Below, piece by piece: positions 34,047 to 48,633 of a DNA stretch of 64,000 nt. The stretch is from Sphaerodactylus townsendi (lineage: Eukaryota), in NCBI RefSeq assembly GCF_021028975.2, contig NC_059439.1:30256001-30320000 (forward strand), in the 5' to 3' direction. The notes below the pieces were generated by a model that was not told the origin of the DNA, ran no database searches, and was given only the letters and a program-made list of their open reading frames with translations. The translations under genes were made by a program, and so were the position numbers. How positions within the stretch are numbered: the first letter of the stretch is position 1; every line of letters begins with the position of its first letter.

Positions 34047-34901
34047 GACCCTCGCCCTCCTCCGCCGCCGCCACCCCAAAGGCTCTTTTCAGAGCCACCC
34101 ACAAAATCCCCGAAAGAGCTGAACTCCCTCCTCTCCAATGCTTTCACGCCTCGCAGCAGCAGGGCCAGTGCTTTGGCTACGAGCCCTGGGCAGCCGGCCG
34201 CCCCTTCGGGGGGCCAAGCTCAGACGCCCCTCACAGGCCCACAGCGGGGCCCAGCACTCGGAAATCCGCTTTACGAGATCCTTCCACCTGTGGCGCCGGG
34301 GGGGTGTTCTTGTAGTTGCCAATGGGAAGCAAGGAGGGAAAGTTTATTGCAAGGGGCCGGGAGACTTCTAGGGGGGAAATGCTTCCGATTCAGTTGGGTT
34401 AAACTTTCAGCGCGGACACGGAAGGCAGAAAAAGCTTCAAACACCCCCCCCCTCCCTTTTACAAAATCACAGTAATACATAATACGGATTCTGTCCACGA
34501 GTTCCCGCCGAGGAATGGAGGTTTGACCCTTCGCATATTAAGTGTAGCGTCACATTATGGCGACCCTGGAAAGCTGTCGAGGCAAGAAACGGGCGGAAAT
34601 TTGTCATCGCTCCCCACCCGCCTTGTTGCCATCGCCTTTTCCTGGCGGAGACTCCGGCAGGTTTGTCTTCTTTCCTTCCCTCACACCGAAGCACCCTGTG
34701 AAGTCAGGTGGGAGCCTGACAGCTCCAGGCATGACTAGCCCAAGGTCACCCAGAAGCCGGGCTTTATAAGTCCAGGGAATGAACGCGGACTCTTTACATT
34801 AGGGTCCTCCGCCCTCAATCGCCCGGGAACAACCCCAACAGCTTTCTTCCTGGCAAAGGAGACATTTCCAGCCCTTTCCAAAGAATATTTGGTGGCTCTT
34901 A

Positions 34902-35456
<555 letters not shown>

Positions 35457-36452
35457 TTATATCCCTTCCTCTTTCCCTGATTGGCTGAAAGAGTCACATA
35501 GTTTAAAGTTTCCCGGGCTCTACAACGATTGGAGAAACGCTGTCCCTCCCTCCAATCATCAATCGTTCTGGTTGGGCCCCCTCCCCGACCAATAAAATCC
35601 GATCGTCTCAGGCTGCATTCAATCCCATTGAACGTATCTTTTTGTTTCTTTGTAGGGTTTTGATTCCACTGACAATGGAGAGCGGTTACTTGGTATTCCT
35701 CTCATGGGGACAAGTTATCATGAGTCGAACTGAGTAGGCAAGTCTGTCACCAACAATACTGCAGGGAAGAGCATTGATCAATAAAAGAACAAAACTCTTC
35801 GTGTGTCGCTCAAACGAAAGTGGGAAGTAATGCAAAAATAATGGCAGACTTTAGAATAGTGGAACAGCATTGGGGTCTCGTTTATATATGATAGCGGGAC
35901 ATTTTAGTTTAATGAGGGTCGCCATTTTGGTCTAGAGTAGAAAAACAAGATTTGCTGGCACCTTAAAGATCAACAGGATCTGAGTGTAAGCTAAATTTAA
36001 ACTTTTCAGAATCAAAGTTCCCATCGTCTGAGTAATTCGCCTTACTCTGAGCCTCAGCCATTCATTTAAAACCAGGGTTTTGAACTACTGCAGCCTATTT
36101 GGGGGCGGTTTAAGAGATTACATTAAAGCATTTTGGTGCCCCGATCAGTGACACTGAACAAATCACTGTTTCTCTCTCAAACGGACTGTAACATTCCGTG
36201 TTATGGCTATAGCTGAATTTATAATTTAAGATGGGGGTGTGTGTTTGCTCCTTTATACGTCCATCTCAGAAATAATTTTAAAAATTCAGAGGGCCCTTTT
36301 AAACTGAATACTGTCAATCATTTAAACATTGACTGTCCTCCCACTAACAAGAGAGATTCCTTGACAGAAACCACACTGGAGGAAACAAGGCAGAGAAAAT
36401 TCCGCGTGGTTGGTTGGTTGGTTGGTTAAGGAGACGCTTCTATAGCGAATAG

Positions 36453-36911
<459 letters not shown>

Positions 36912-38123
36912 CTCTTCTGCATCTGCCTCTACCCCTAACCCAAAGGCTCTTTTCAGAGCCACCCACATCTGCCGAAAAAGACCTGATTTTGTGTATAGAA
37001 TTTAAATATTTCAATTAAGAGCCAGTTAGATTGTTATCGTTTTGCATTGTGCAGTTCTACCTACCTGTATATTGGGGCGGGAGGTGATGGCTCGTGTCTT
37101 TGTTAAGGTTCTGGTCTCAGCTTGGTGAATTCAGTTCAAATAAAACTCCTGTATAATGTTTTCAGCTGGTGCACTTTAACATCAAATCTCTCCACCACTT
37201 ATTCCGTTTTCATAATAAAAATAAAACAGATCAACATGGTGTATTTTAATATTAAATCCTGGATACTTCTAAGGCTAGCCTGGTGTCAGATAAGCTCAGA
37301 AAAGGCAGCCCTGGCAAGTATTTGGATGGAAGACTTCCAAAGCATACCAGGAAGCAGACAATACCAAACCACCTTTGAATGTCTGGCCTTCAAAATCGGG
37401 TCGTCTGAACTCGGCTGTGACTTGCCGGCGAGTGCACACGCACAAAACTTCCATATACAGATTTTTTTTTTTAACGTGGGCACCTGAACGTGTGACTCGG
37501 ATGTTTCTTGTTCCAGTGCCACAGGGAAGTAGTTAAATCTTGTGTCACGTTGTAGCCAACTTCCGAAAAGCTGCTACTTGGGAATGTATCAGACTGGTTT
37601 ATAGGAGCATAGATTACTTCATTGCAAATCGTGGCCGGATTTTCACTCCCGTTTTGCCTCCAGTAAAAATCACGTAGTGGAATGGAAACAGTGTTCTTTT
37701 TCCAAATAACGCTTCCCCCCTTGTTTTGATACTACAGTTTTCATTTTCCACAGCCTCTTATCTGCTCTTTTTACCCGCCGCCCCCCCCTTCCTCGCCTTT
37801 TTCAGTCTTATTTCAGCCTTTATAAATTGGGGTGGGGGGGAGGAGAGAGAGAATTTTGCTGCCCCGTGAACAAAGAACAGAAAAAGATGGCTTCTAGCGT
37901 CTGTCCAATTACAACTCAACGCGGGAAGTTTAAATTTGATGCTCTCCTACGTCACAACTTTTTTTGACTAATCAGGCGCCTCCAGTCTTCCAATCCTTTT
38001 CTTTCATTGTTATGCTGATATAAATACCCAAGTTGTCGCAACGCTTCAATGCATCTAGAAAGTAAATAGTGCATTTCAGATTTCTCAGTTCTGGAGACGA
38101 GAGAAGAATTATGATAGTTTGTT

Positions 38124-38335
38124 GGATCCTCTGAAGATGCCAATCACAGAGGCCGGCGAAACGTCAGGAGAAAATGCTGCTGGAACAGGGCCATACAACC
38201 CGGGAAACCCACAACATCCTATTTGTGGGAACAGTTTATAGATTGGGCTGTTGTGGGGTTACCAGGCTGTCTGGCTGTGTTCCAATAGCATTTTATCCTG
38301 ATGTTTCCCCTGCATCTGCGGCTGGCATCTTCAGA
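38124..38335. mobile_element. Penelope-like terminal fragments, inverted pair
   Basis: Plus-strand copy 38124-38220 and minus-strand copy ~38244-38335. Confidence 0.78.
38127..38169 (+). ncRNA. Minimal hammerhead ribozyme motif (PLE type)
   Basis: tcct CTGAAGA t gcc (loop) ggc GAAAC GTC agga; all core nucleotides and stems present. Confidence 0.78.
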
Positions 38336-39000
38336 GAAGAATTTTATAGTTTTATAGATTTCAAGCATAAGTTTATAGATTTCCAATATTTCAGGAAACA
38401 TTCAGATAGAACCAGCGTGCGCCACACGGCATTCATTGTGGTTGCTTGTAGTTGAAATTTAAAAAAAAGTCTGCGGGGACCTTAAAGACGAATAAAATGT
38501 ATTCCAAAACATACTCTCATAAACCATCTGTCTCTCTCATCTGTCGAAATAAGATCTGTTAATAAATTCTTAGTCTCTAAAATGTGCGCTGGAGGATGGT
38601 TCTGCTGTGGCCATATAAACTGAGCTCCCCCCCCCCCCGCACCCCTGAATCACACATTGGATTGTCAGGCAATCTTAGAACATGTCCAATTAAGAGTTAT
38701 CCTCATTAAATCACGCTAAGAAATGAGAGGCTGTATTTGTTGATCACGTTCAAACCATCCCCCGATTATCAATATTTTAACAATGGCAACTGAAGCCTAG
38801 CTATCCTTTGCAGTTGTTATACTGATTTCTTATTGGCTTATTTGAAATTTCACTCTAGCACAGTCATTGGGTAGCCCTTGCCCGGGGGTGGAAAGTTACC
38901 GCCCCTTTTTATCTCTGCGGTTTTCACTGTGGTCGGACTCTTCAGTATATAAATATCTGTTTTGCTTGTTCTATTCAAACGTAGGGTACGTTTTGTTTGA

Positions 39001-39321
<321 letters not shown>

Positions 39322-40236
39322 AAGAATTAGTCTTGGACTCAAACGCACAACTTAAAGGCCCTTTTAAGGGCCACACACTGGCACATGGAAAGGGCTGTTT
39401 CCTTTTGTTGTAGAAATGGCATTTGCTAAATACATACTTGAAAGATTCCATGCCAAGGTAGATTGAGGACCACAAATGTGCTAGATTAGTAAAAAAAAAA
39501 TCAATTGCAGCCATGAGTTAAATTTTAAAACCATTGTTTGAAGTTTATTTTGTGTCCTGCTGATCTATCCTACTTTCATGATGAAATCTGAATAAGTGGT
39601 AGAGGAATTTAATGTTAAAATACACTAGTTAGAAGCCCTAAAGTAATTAATGTCATGAGACAGCAATATTCTCCTGGTGCTATTGCCTAGACACCTAGTT
39701 TGTTAATCTAACAAGGCCTTCTGAAAAATACTAGTATTCAAAATCAGAGTACCTTAGGGGAGTAGTCATTGTCAGTTCATGCAGGAGTGAGCTTGCGAAG
39801 GCCCAATAAGTGTCTTTTCAGGTTTCTGCTAAGACTCTTTCCTGAAAAGAAGCCCACTGTACTCACCTGGAGTTTTCAGCTGGCTCACCAAGTGCTTCAG
39901 GTGGATGGATCCTGCCATCGACACATGCAAGAATCAATGGCAAAAACTTATTGCTGGGGCTTGCAGGGCCTGCATAGTCAGAACATGCAGGACGCTGAGA
40001 AAGAAGGGAACAACATTTCCTTACTTTTCTGTCAATGAAGCTAGATTTGTAATCCTTTTCACTACAAAGGTGTAAGGAGAGGCCTTCTCAATAAAAGCTG
40101 GGAACATGTAGATGGGGGTAAAAGACTTCTTGACCACTGTATCCATCTTGTAAACATGGTCTGCCTAGTAAACATGATGATGTGGTGTCACGCCGTAGAT
40201 CAGGAATGACTCTGTACTTGCACTGGGGACTGACTA

Positions 40237-40510
40237 AAGTAGAAGTCAAGTTTCCCCTTCAGTCGTGTGTGACCCTGGGCTACCACTGCAAGCAGTGATT
40301 TCATAGGCAAGCCATTTTTGTGGGGTAGTTTGCCATTGCTTTCCCCGGCTATTCTTTACCCCCTAGCTGTGTGCTAGGTACTCATTTACCAACCAAGGAA
40401 TGGATGGATGGCTGAGTTGACCATGAGCCAGCTGCCAGGATATCTGACCCACAGGGGGCTCGAGCTCCTGACCGTGTGAGTGGCAGTGCAAGCACTTAAC
40501 CACTACGCCA
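40237..40510 (-). mobile_element. Sauria-type SINE (RTE/BovB partner) with a 41-bp direct flanking duplication
   Basis: ggtactcatttaccaacc..ggatggctgagttgacc body; tRNA-like head ttaaccactacgcca; duplication 40196-40236 / 40511-40551. Confidence 0.7.
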
Positions 40511-41468
40511 TAGATCAGGAATGACTCTGTACTTGCACTGGGGACTGACTACCTTGCCTTTTATAGCATAATTCTATTGTAACAACAGTTACTGATTCCC
40601 CACCACACCCCACCTGGAAGAGTATGACTATATTCCTTTGGTAGTGCAGTGAGGAAAATGGCAGCCATAAAGGACTGAAGGAAGGGAAATAGTGCTGAGA
40701 CTGCTGGAACCTTGGATGCTGAGGACCCATCCAGCCCACCTAGGAACATGATGTTTCTTTGAACTGCTGACTCCAATTCCACCCCACCCTCCTTCACAAA
40801 ATTGCTTTTGTTAGAGAAAGCTTTAGCCTTTGGGAGAGCAAGCGGGAGCGGGGGGTGGGGGGGGGCGTAATCTCTTCCCTTCACCACACGAAGCCTTCTG
40901 GGGGACCTAGGACTGGTCCCAGTTTTACGCAAACTCTCTCAGCCCCACCTACCTTAAGGGCGTCCCTTGTAGGAGATGGTGACTATAAAGCAGTGGCTGC
41001 GACTTGATTGGCACTTCACTCACATAGACACAATCACAGGCACAGTTTTCCAGCAAAGCACAGCTGTGTACCGCAAGCTATAGGTGAGGATGGAATAAGG
41101 TCCACCTGAATCCCATAAGGCTTACTTCCGAGTAAGCATATTCAAAGGATCGGGTTGCAGGGCTGACAGAAAGAGCCCTCCTCCCAAAGAAACCCTGGAA
41201 TAATATAACACCTTTTAAAATAACCAAATGAGAGAAGGAGACATGCAAAGAGCCAATGGAAATTATTATGTGGTGATTACTGACCTTCTTGATTTCTGAT
41301 ACTGATATTTGGGATTTGTATTTATTGATGCTGCTGTTTCGCTATTTGTTGGTTTGCAATTTGTTGTTCATATTTGACGAGCGTTTTTGACGTTATTTAC
41401 TTGCTGGTCGCCGCCCTTTGCTCTACGGGGGGAGGGAGGAGTGTAACTCGAATAAATAAATGAAATAG

Positions 41469-42155
<687 letters not shown>

Positions 42156-42344
42156 GGCGCTTCTCCCCCTGCCCAGTCCATCGTCACGTCCCATCTCTAT
42201 GACCCAAAGGCTCTTTTAAGAGCCACCACATATTCTTTTGAAAAGGCTGAAATGTCTCCTTTGCCAGGAAGAAAGCTGTTCGGGTGGTTCCCGTGCGATT
42301 GAGGGCGGAGGACCCTATTCTAGAGTCCCAGGTTATGAAGCCTG

Positions 42345-42500
42345 CTTGGGTGACCTTGGGCTAGTCACAGTTCTTGGGAGCTGTCAGCCCCACCTGCCTC
42401 ACAGGGTATTTGTTGTGGGAAGGGAGGGAAAGGAGTTTCTAATCCCATTTGAGTCTCCTTACAGGAGAGGAAGGGCAGGGATATAAATCCAAACTCTTCT
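42345..42500 (+). mobile_element. Squam3-like SINE 3' half in the H3-H1 intergenic region
   Basis: gggtgaccttgggctagtcacag..gggatataaatccaaactcttc. Confidence 0.8.
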
Positions 42501-43091
42501 GAGCCCACGAAGGCGGGTGGGGGGCAGTGACAAACGTCCGCCCGTCTCTTGCCTCGACAGCTTTCCAGGGTGGCCATAATGTGACGCTACACTTAATATG
42601 CGAAGGGTTCAACTCCATTCCTCGGCGGGAACTCGTGTGGACAGAACTGGGCTATGTATTACTGTGATTTTGTAAAAGGGAGGGGGGGGGTGTTTGAAGC
42701 TTTTTCTGCCTTCCGTGTCCGCGCTGAAAGTTTAACCCAACTGAATCGGAAGCATTTCCCCCCTAGAAGTCTCCCGGCCCCTTGCAATAAACTTTCCCTC
42801 CTTGCTTCCCATTGGCAACTACAAGAACACCCCTTATGCTGACAGGGGGGTGGAAGGACTGGGGAAGGTGATTTCCGAGTGCTGGGCCCCGCTGTGGGCC
42901 TGTGAGGGGCGTCTGAGCTTGCCCCCCCGAAGGGGCGGCCGGCTGCCCAGGGCTCGTAGCCAAAGCACTGGCCCTGCTGCTGCGAGGCGTGAAAGCATTG
43001 GAGAGGAGGGAGTTCAGCTCTTTCGGGGATTTTGTGGGTGGCTCTGAAAAGAGCCTTTGGGGTGGCGGCGGCGGGGAGGAGGGCGAGGGTC

Positions 43092-43789
43092 TCCCGCTGG
43101 CTGGCAGGCGCCGCCTTCTTGGTCTTGGCCACCTTGGGCTTGGGCTTGGCGGCCTTGGGCTTGGCCGGGCTCTTGGCGGCGGCCTTGGTCTTCTTGGTCT
43201 TGGCGGGGGCCTTGGCCTTCTTGGGGCTCTTGGCGGGCGCGGGCTTCTTGGCCGGGGCCTTGGTCTTCTTGGGCGCGGGCTTCTTGGGGCTCTTCTTGAG
43301 GGGCGCCTTCTTGATGGTCTTCTTGGCGGCGGCGGCGGAGGGCTTCTTGGCGGCGGCCTTGGTTTTCTTGGCGGCGGGCTGCTTCTTCTTGGCGGCGGCG
43401 GCCTTGTCCTTGGGTCCCTTGGCTGCGGAGGCGTCTGCCTGCTTCTTGTTGATCTTGAAGGAGCCGGAGGCGCCGGTGCCCTTGGTCTGCAGGAGGGTCC
43501 CTTTGGTGACGAGGCTCTTGAGGCCGATCTTGATGCGGCTGTTGTTCTTGTCGACGTCGTAGCCGGCGGCGGCGAGGACCTTCTTGAGGGCGGCGAGCGA
43601 GACGCCGTGTCGCTCCTTGGAGGCGGCGACGGCCTTGGTGAGGAGCTCGGTGACGCTGGGTCCGGCCGCCTTGCGGGGCTTCTTGGCGGCGGCGGCGGGT
43701 GTCTTCTTGGGGGCGGCCGGCGCCTTCTTGGCGGGGGCCTTGGGCGGCGGGGCGGCGGGCGCGGGCGCTTCGGGGGCGGTCTCGGACAT
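43092..43789 (-). CDS. Histone H1 (somatic, replication-dependent); stop codon missing as assembled
   Basis: [41 protein letters not shown], Lys/Ala/Pro tail. The expected KKK* is replaced by ASQRE..; stem-loop at 43040-43055. Confidence 0.92.
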
Positions 43790-44775
43790 GGCGGCTGCAG
43801 CGGGGAGCTTTGGGGTCTGAGCCCCAGCGCCGCCGCGGACTGCTACTTATAGGGCGGAGCTGCGCCCTGATTGGCGCGTTGTGGGCCCGGGCTCTCCGCG
43901 CGCCACCCTCCCTCCTTCCCTGCCTGCCTGCATGGCTGCCCTGCCTGCCGGCTCCTGCTTGTGCTTCTTGGGCGGCACAAAAGCGCCCCGGGATCGCCTG
44001 CCCCGCCGCCCCGGGACTCGCCCGCCGTCGGAACCGGACCCCCGCCGCCTGGACTGGCCTGGCAGCACCGGCTCGGGCCGGGAGGGGGCCGGGCGGCCGA
44101 GCCACGGAGGGGAAAAGGCGCCTGCTCTCCTCTTGGCGCGGCCGACTCGCCCGGCTCGGGGGCCTTTTCTCGTCCGTGGCCCGGTCCCCTCGGGCATCCC
44201 GGGCCGGGCAAGGGCAGCGGGCCCATCTCTGGAGGGTCTGGGCCCCCCCGGGGGAGAAACGGATCTCCCCTCAGCCGGGGCGGGCCCCTCCGAGCCCTTC
44301 CAAGTAGCTCAAGTAACACATTCATTCAGCCACTTCGGAATAGCGCGTGGGATGCCTTCCCCAGAAATGCCCTTCGCTTTAGGCGATAGAAATTGGGTTT
44401 TTTTTAAAATAATGTAAATAATTCTCGTCCCGTTCCCCTCTTGGTGTAGAATCAGATTTAAAGAATGACCATTAAAACGATAACTCATCCTTTTAGGATT
44501 GGATTCTTTGTTGCCAACTAGAAGCTATTGAATAGATTATGTTGCTTCCCAGGAGCTGCAGACTAAAGAAAGTTTTATGAATTCTCTCTTATCCCCTCTG
44601 AGCTGCCGCTTCTTATTTTTCATCATGAAATCTTTTGATTGTGTGCCTTCGAGGGGAAAACTTTCGCCTCAGTGACACTGCTTTGAAATGCAGTACATTA
44701 ATTTGTTTAATTTTATAAAGCCGGTCTGCCCCGTGGTGTGTGTTTTGCATCGAAAGGCAAGAGGAAGCTGGCACG

Positions 44776-45707
44776 CACTGGCGTAATGCCCATTGGGCAA
44801 GGTGGGCAGCTGCCCAGGGCATCACCTTGTGGGGGGCATCAAAATGCTGGGTTCGTTTTGGGGTATTTTTTAGTGGTTTTCCATTTTTGGCCTGCAGGGG
44901 GCGCAGTTTTTAGGCTAGCGGCACCAAAATTTCAGCGTATCATCAGGAGACTCTCCTTATGCTACCCCCCATGTTTGGTGAGGTTTGGTTCTGGGAGTCC
45001 AAAGTTATGGACTCCCAAAGGGGGTGCCCCTATCCCCCATTGTTTCCAATGGGAGCTAATAGGAGATGGGGGCTACAGTTTTGAGGGTCCATAACTTTGG
45101 CCCCCCTGAACCAAACTGCACCAAACTTGGGGGGGTATCATTAGGGCAGTCTCCTGATGAGACCCTGAAAGTTTTGAGACTGTGACTTCAGAAATGTGCC
45201 CCCCCACAGCCTGCAACCCCCACTGACAGCAATGCAGAAAACTCAATGCAGAACAAAGATTCTTGGGCAAATTTCTAGGATGTTCCTGCAGGGGGTGCAT
45301 TTTTGGATGTATTGGCACAAAATTTCAGGGTATCATCTGGAGATGATGGCACCCCCCAAGTTTGGTGCAGTTTGGTTCAGGGGGGCCAAAGTTATGGACC
45401 CTCAAAACTGTAGCCCCCATCTCCTATTAGCTCCCCTTGGAAACAATGGGGGATGGGGCACCCCCTTTGGGAGTCCATAATTTTGGACTCCTTAAACCAA
45501 ACCTCACCAAACTTGGGGAGTAGCATAAGGACAGTCTCCTGATGATATGCTGAAACTTTGGTGCTGATATGTCTAAAAATGCACCCCCTGCAGGCACAAA
45601 AAAAAATTGGTCGTGGTGGAGTGGCCGCCCATCGGGGGGGGGGGGGCATCCAACTCAGGTTTTGCACAGGGCTACAGTTTGCACAGGGCTGCCTCATTAC
45701 GCCCCTG
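44776..45707. mobile_element. Non-autonomous hAT element with internal inverted subrepeats
   Basis: TIRs cactggcgtaatg / cattacgcccctg; perfect 8-bp TSD ctggcacg (44768-44775, 45708-45715). Confidence 0.88.
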
Positions 45708-45869
45708 CTGGCACGTGTCAGTTTTGGCTCGGTCATACACTTTTATTTATATTTATTAACCAAATTTAAAATACCGCCCCATCCCTGAAGGGCTCTGGGC
45801 GGTGTACAGAGCAGTAAAACCAAAAATCGGATTAAAATTCCAGTTAAAACCATAAATTAACAGCAACTC

Positions 45870-46112
45870 CAAGGAGACTCAAGGTGGCTTACAAACTCCT
45901 TTCCCCTTCCTCTCCCCACAACAGACATCTGGGCTGAGAGAGTTCGGAGAAGACTGTGATTAGCCTATGGTCACCCAGCATAAATGTAGGCATGCGGAAA
46001 CACATCTGGTTCATCAGATAAGCCTCTGCCACTTAGGGGGAGGAGTGGGGAATCAAACCCAGTTCTCCAGATTAGAATCCACCCGCTCTTAACCACTACA
46101 CCACACTGGCTC
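45870..46112 (-). mobile_element. Squam3-like SINE
   Basis: Ends gggaatcaaaccc..ttaaccactacaccacactggctc (tRNA head on the minus strand). Confidence 0.8.
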
Positions 46113-46480
46113 CCAAAGGGGGCAGGGGGGTCATTTGACCCAGGTGCCATTCATCTGGGTCACGTGCAGGGTGCATTTTGGCCCCCCAGTCCCCCTCCAC
46201 CCTGTGCCCAGTCCCCAGCCGAACTCCCCATTCCCCCCCCCCCAACCCTCTGGGCTTCCTTCCCTGCCGTGCATCTCTCTCCAAATGGACCCCACTCTCC
46301 GGTGTGCCATCCTGTTCATACACACCCTACTGCTACCTGCATCTCCATTGCTGGACACGCTTCAGTTTCAGCAACAGCAGCAAGGTGTCTTGGTTGCCAT
46401 CGGTGCTGATCAGGTTTAGTTATTTCTGGCTATCCCCCTCCTGCCCTTGCACAAGTCCTAGGGATTCCTTTCATATAAAC

Positions 46481-46870
46481 CAGTGATGGCGAACCTTTTC
46501 GAGACTGAGTGCCCAAATTGCAACCCAAAACCCACATATTTATTGCAAAGTGCCAACACGGCAATTTAATCTGAATATTAAGGTTTTAGTTTACAAACGC
46601 GTTACTCAGGAGTAAGCTTGGTGAAGCAACAGTGCAACACTTCGAATGGGTGAATCACGACCCTAAGAGGGTTTACTCGGAAGCAAGTCCCATTGCCAGC
46701 AACCGAGCTTACTCCCAGGTAAACGATTGCGCCCAGACCAGCCTAGATGTGTGTGTGTGGGGTGTGTGTGATTTTCCTTCCCTCCACATGACAGACTCTG
46801 TGCATGCGTGCCCACAGAAAGGACTGTGAGTGCCACCTCTGGCACCCGTGCCATAGGTTCGCCACCACTG
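46481..46870. mobile_element. Non-autonomous hAT (Charlie-like) element
   Basis: TIRs cagtgatggcgaacc / ggttcgccaccactg; perfect 8-bp TSD atataaac. Confidence 0.9.
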
Positions 46871-48633
46871 ATATAAACGATGGGAATTTTTCCAATAGGG
46901 ATGTCATCGTGAAAGAGTCCACTAAGTGGCAGTAAGAAGCAAGACTTCAATGGTCACAGCTCCTGTTTCTCTCAGCAGGTCTATATTAAACTGTCAGCCC
47001 TCTCCCACAGTTGTTCAGTTAAAGAAATGATTGAGCATCGCATGCATTTAAATATAAAGGAAAGGGACGATCATTAGGTGGTGGAGTATGTTGGAAGACT
47101 GAAGAAATTCAAATGAGGCTGCTAAATCAATTTAATTTAATTCTATTTTACACAATCTGAGGAGACACTGGACATCCTCTTTTGTTTTGGGGGGAAATCA
47201 AAGATTGCTGATTGTGCCATATTTAACGGGAAGGGGAAAAGAGGGAGCATATAAGGTGAAAGCAAGAGCTATTGATGAAATGCCGCTGTTTTTGTAAGAG
47301 AGAGATTCCAGGGGGACACTGTCAAGTCAATCTTTATTTGATGATAGCTATAGGCCATTCAAACTGAGGCAGTAATAAATCAAACAAATTAAAACGCATA
47401 CATTTTAAAACTAGATTTTAGCAACGAACAGAAGAACAAAACCTTAACAGCTAAGAAATTTGCACGGTATTGCAGATTATAACTTAGCCTTTATGCTACA
47501 ACCTTTACGCAATCTAAGTTTAGATGAGAGAAGCAGGAATGTGGCTACCTTGCACGGAACATCCTCAAAAATACCAGCCATTATAAAACACACTTTACTC
47601 TCCTCAGTACCTGCTAATTTTTTCTAAAATATTTTAAAGATACAAACTCCAGATATGAGAATGCATGGGACAGTACAAGATAGAATGCATTACATCTTCT
47701 GTTCAGGGGTGGCCAACCTATGGTGCTCCAGATGTTCATGAACTACAATTCCCATCAGCCTCTGCCAGCATGGCCAATTGTGTTGATCTTTTGGGCTCTT
47801 GTTAAATCTAGGGGGACGTTGTGTTGGTCTGTCCCAGCAGGAAAAGTAATATACAAATAAATAACCAAGTCAGAGTCTTGCGGCCGCTCAAAGTCACTTT
47901 TATTGTGACATACAGCCTGTTCAATCCACTGTATGAGAAACATCCTCACCTTGTAGATATATTGCAATTGTTAAATGAAGAAATGGCAAACAGCAAGATC
48001 AAACAGGGAATGAAAAATATCAGGTGTAACGTTCTTATGGATCACAGAAATCCGGACAAGGTAAGGACAACGAGACCCCTTCCACAAATACAGAATAATG
48101 CGCCTTCAATCCACTTTCAATGCACTTTGCAGCTGTGCGGAATAGAAAAATCCGTTTGCAAACCATTGTGAAAGTGGATCGAAAGTGCATTATTCTGCTT
48201 GTGCGGAAGGGGCCTGAGTTGGATCCAACCAGCTTTTCTGCAAGAGAAAAAGGGAGGTCCCCTTAAATCACTGAAAAGATTTTGCTGGAGGCTATTGTGT
48301 GGAGGAAAAGTCATGTTGAAAGCGAAGATCCGCAAAGAGGGAAAGGAAATGAAAACACTGGCAGGATTCTACTCAGTAGCCGTATTGCGACAACACATTC
48401 GTTCTAGATTTCTTAAGCTGATTAATTACTAGCTGAGAGTGGCTTGCTCTTTTTCTGAGCCTTGGGACCCCGTTCGAATTGTAGGAGAGAGAGCAAGGAT
48501 GAAAGACACACACCGCCCCCCGAAGCATGCAAGGGAGAAGGATCTGTGGTTTTTTTAATCTTCAGCTGGAAACGGGACACCGTAGGAAGACACTTGACGG
48601 CACAGGAACTATAAGAAAATGGTAGTTCTAGCG

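Noticed and set aside
32793-34315. Long alternative-frame and antisense ORFs over both H1 genes (e.g. 428 aa, 317 aa, 363 aa)
   Set aside because: By-products of GC-rich Lys/Ala/Pro codon repeats that lack stops in other frames.
44776-45707. Regularly recurring ccaaagttatggac units suggesting a CRISPR-like array
   Set aside because: Eukaryotic context; the units are internal direct and inverted subrepeats of a TSD-flanked hAT element with non-unique spacers.
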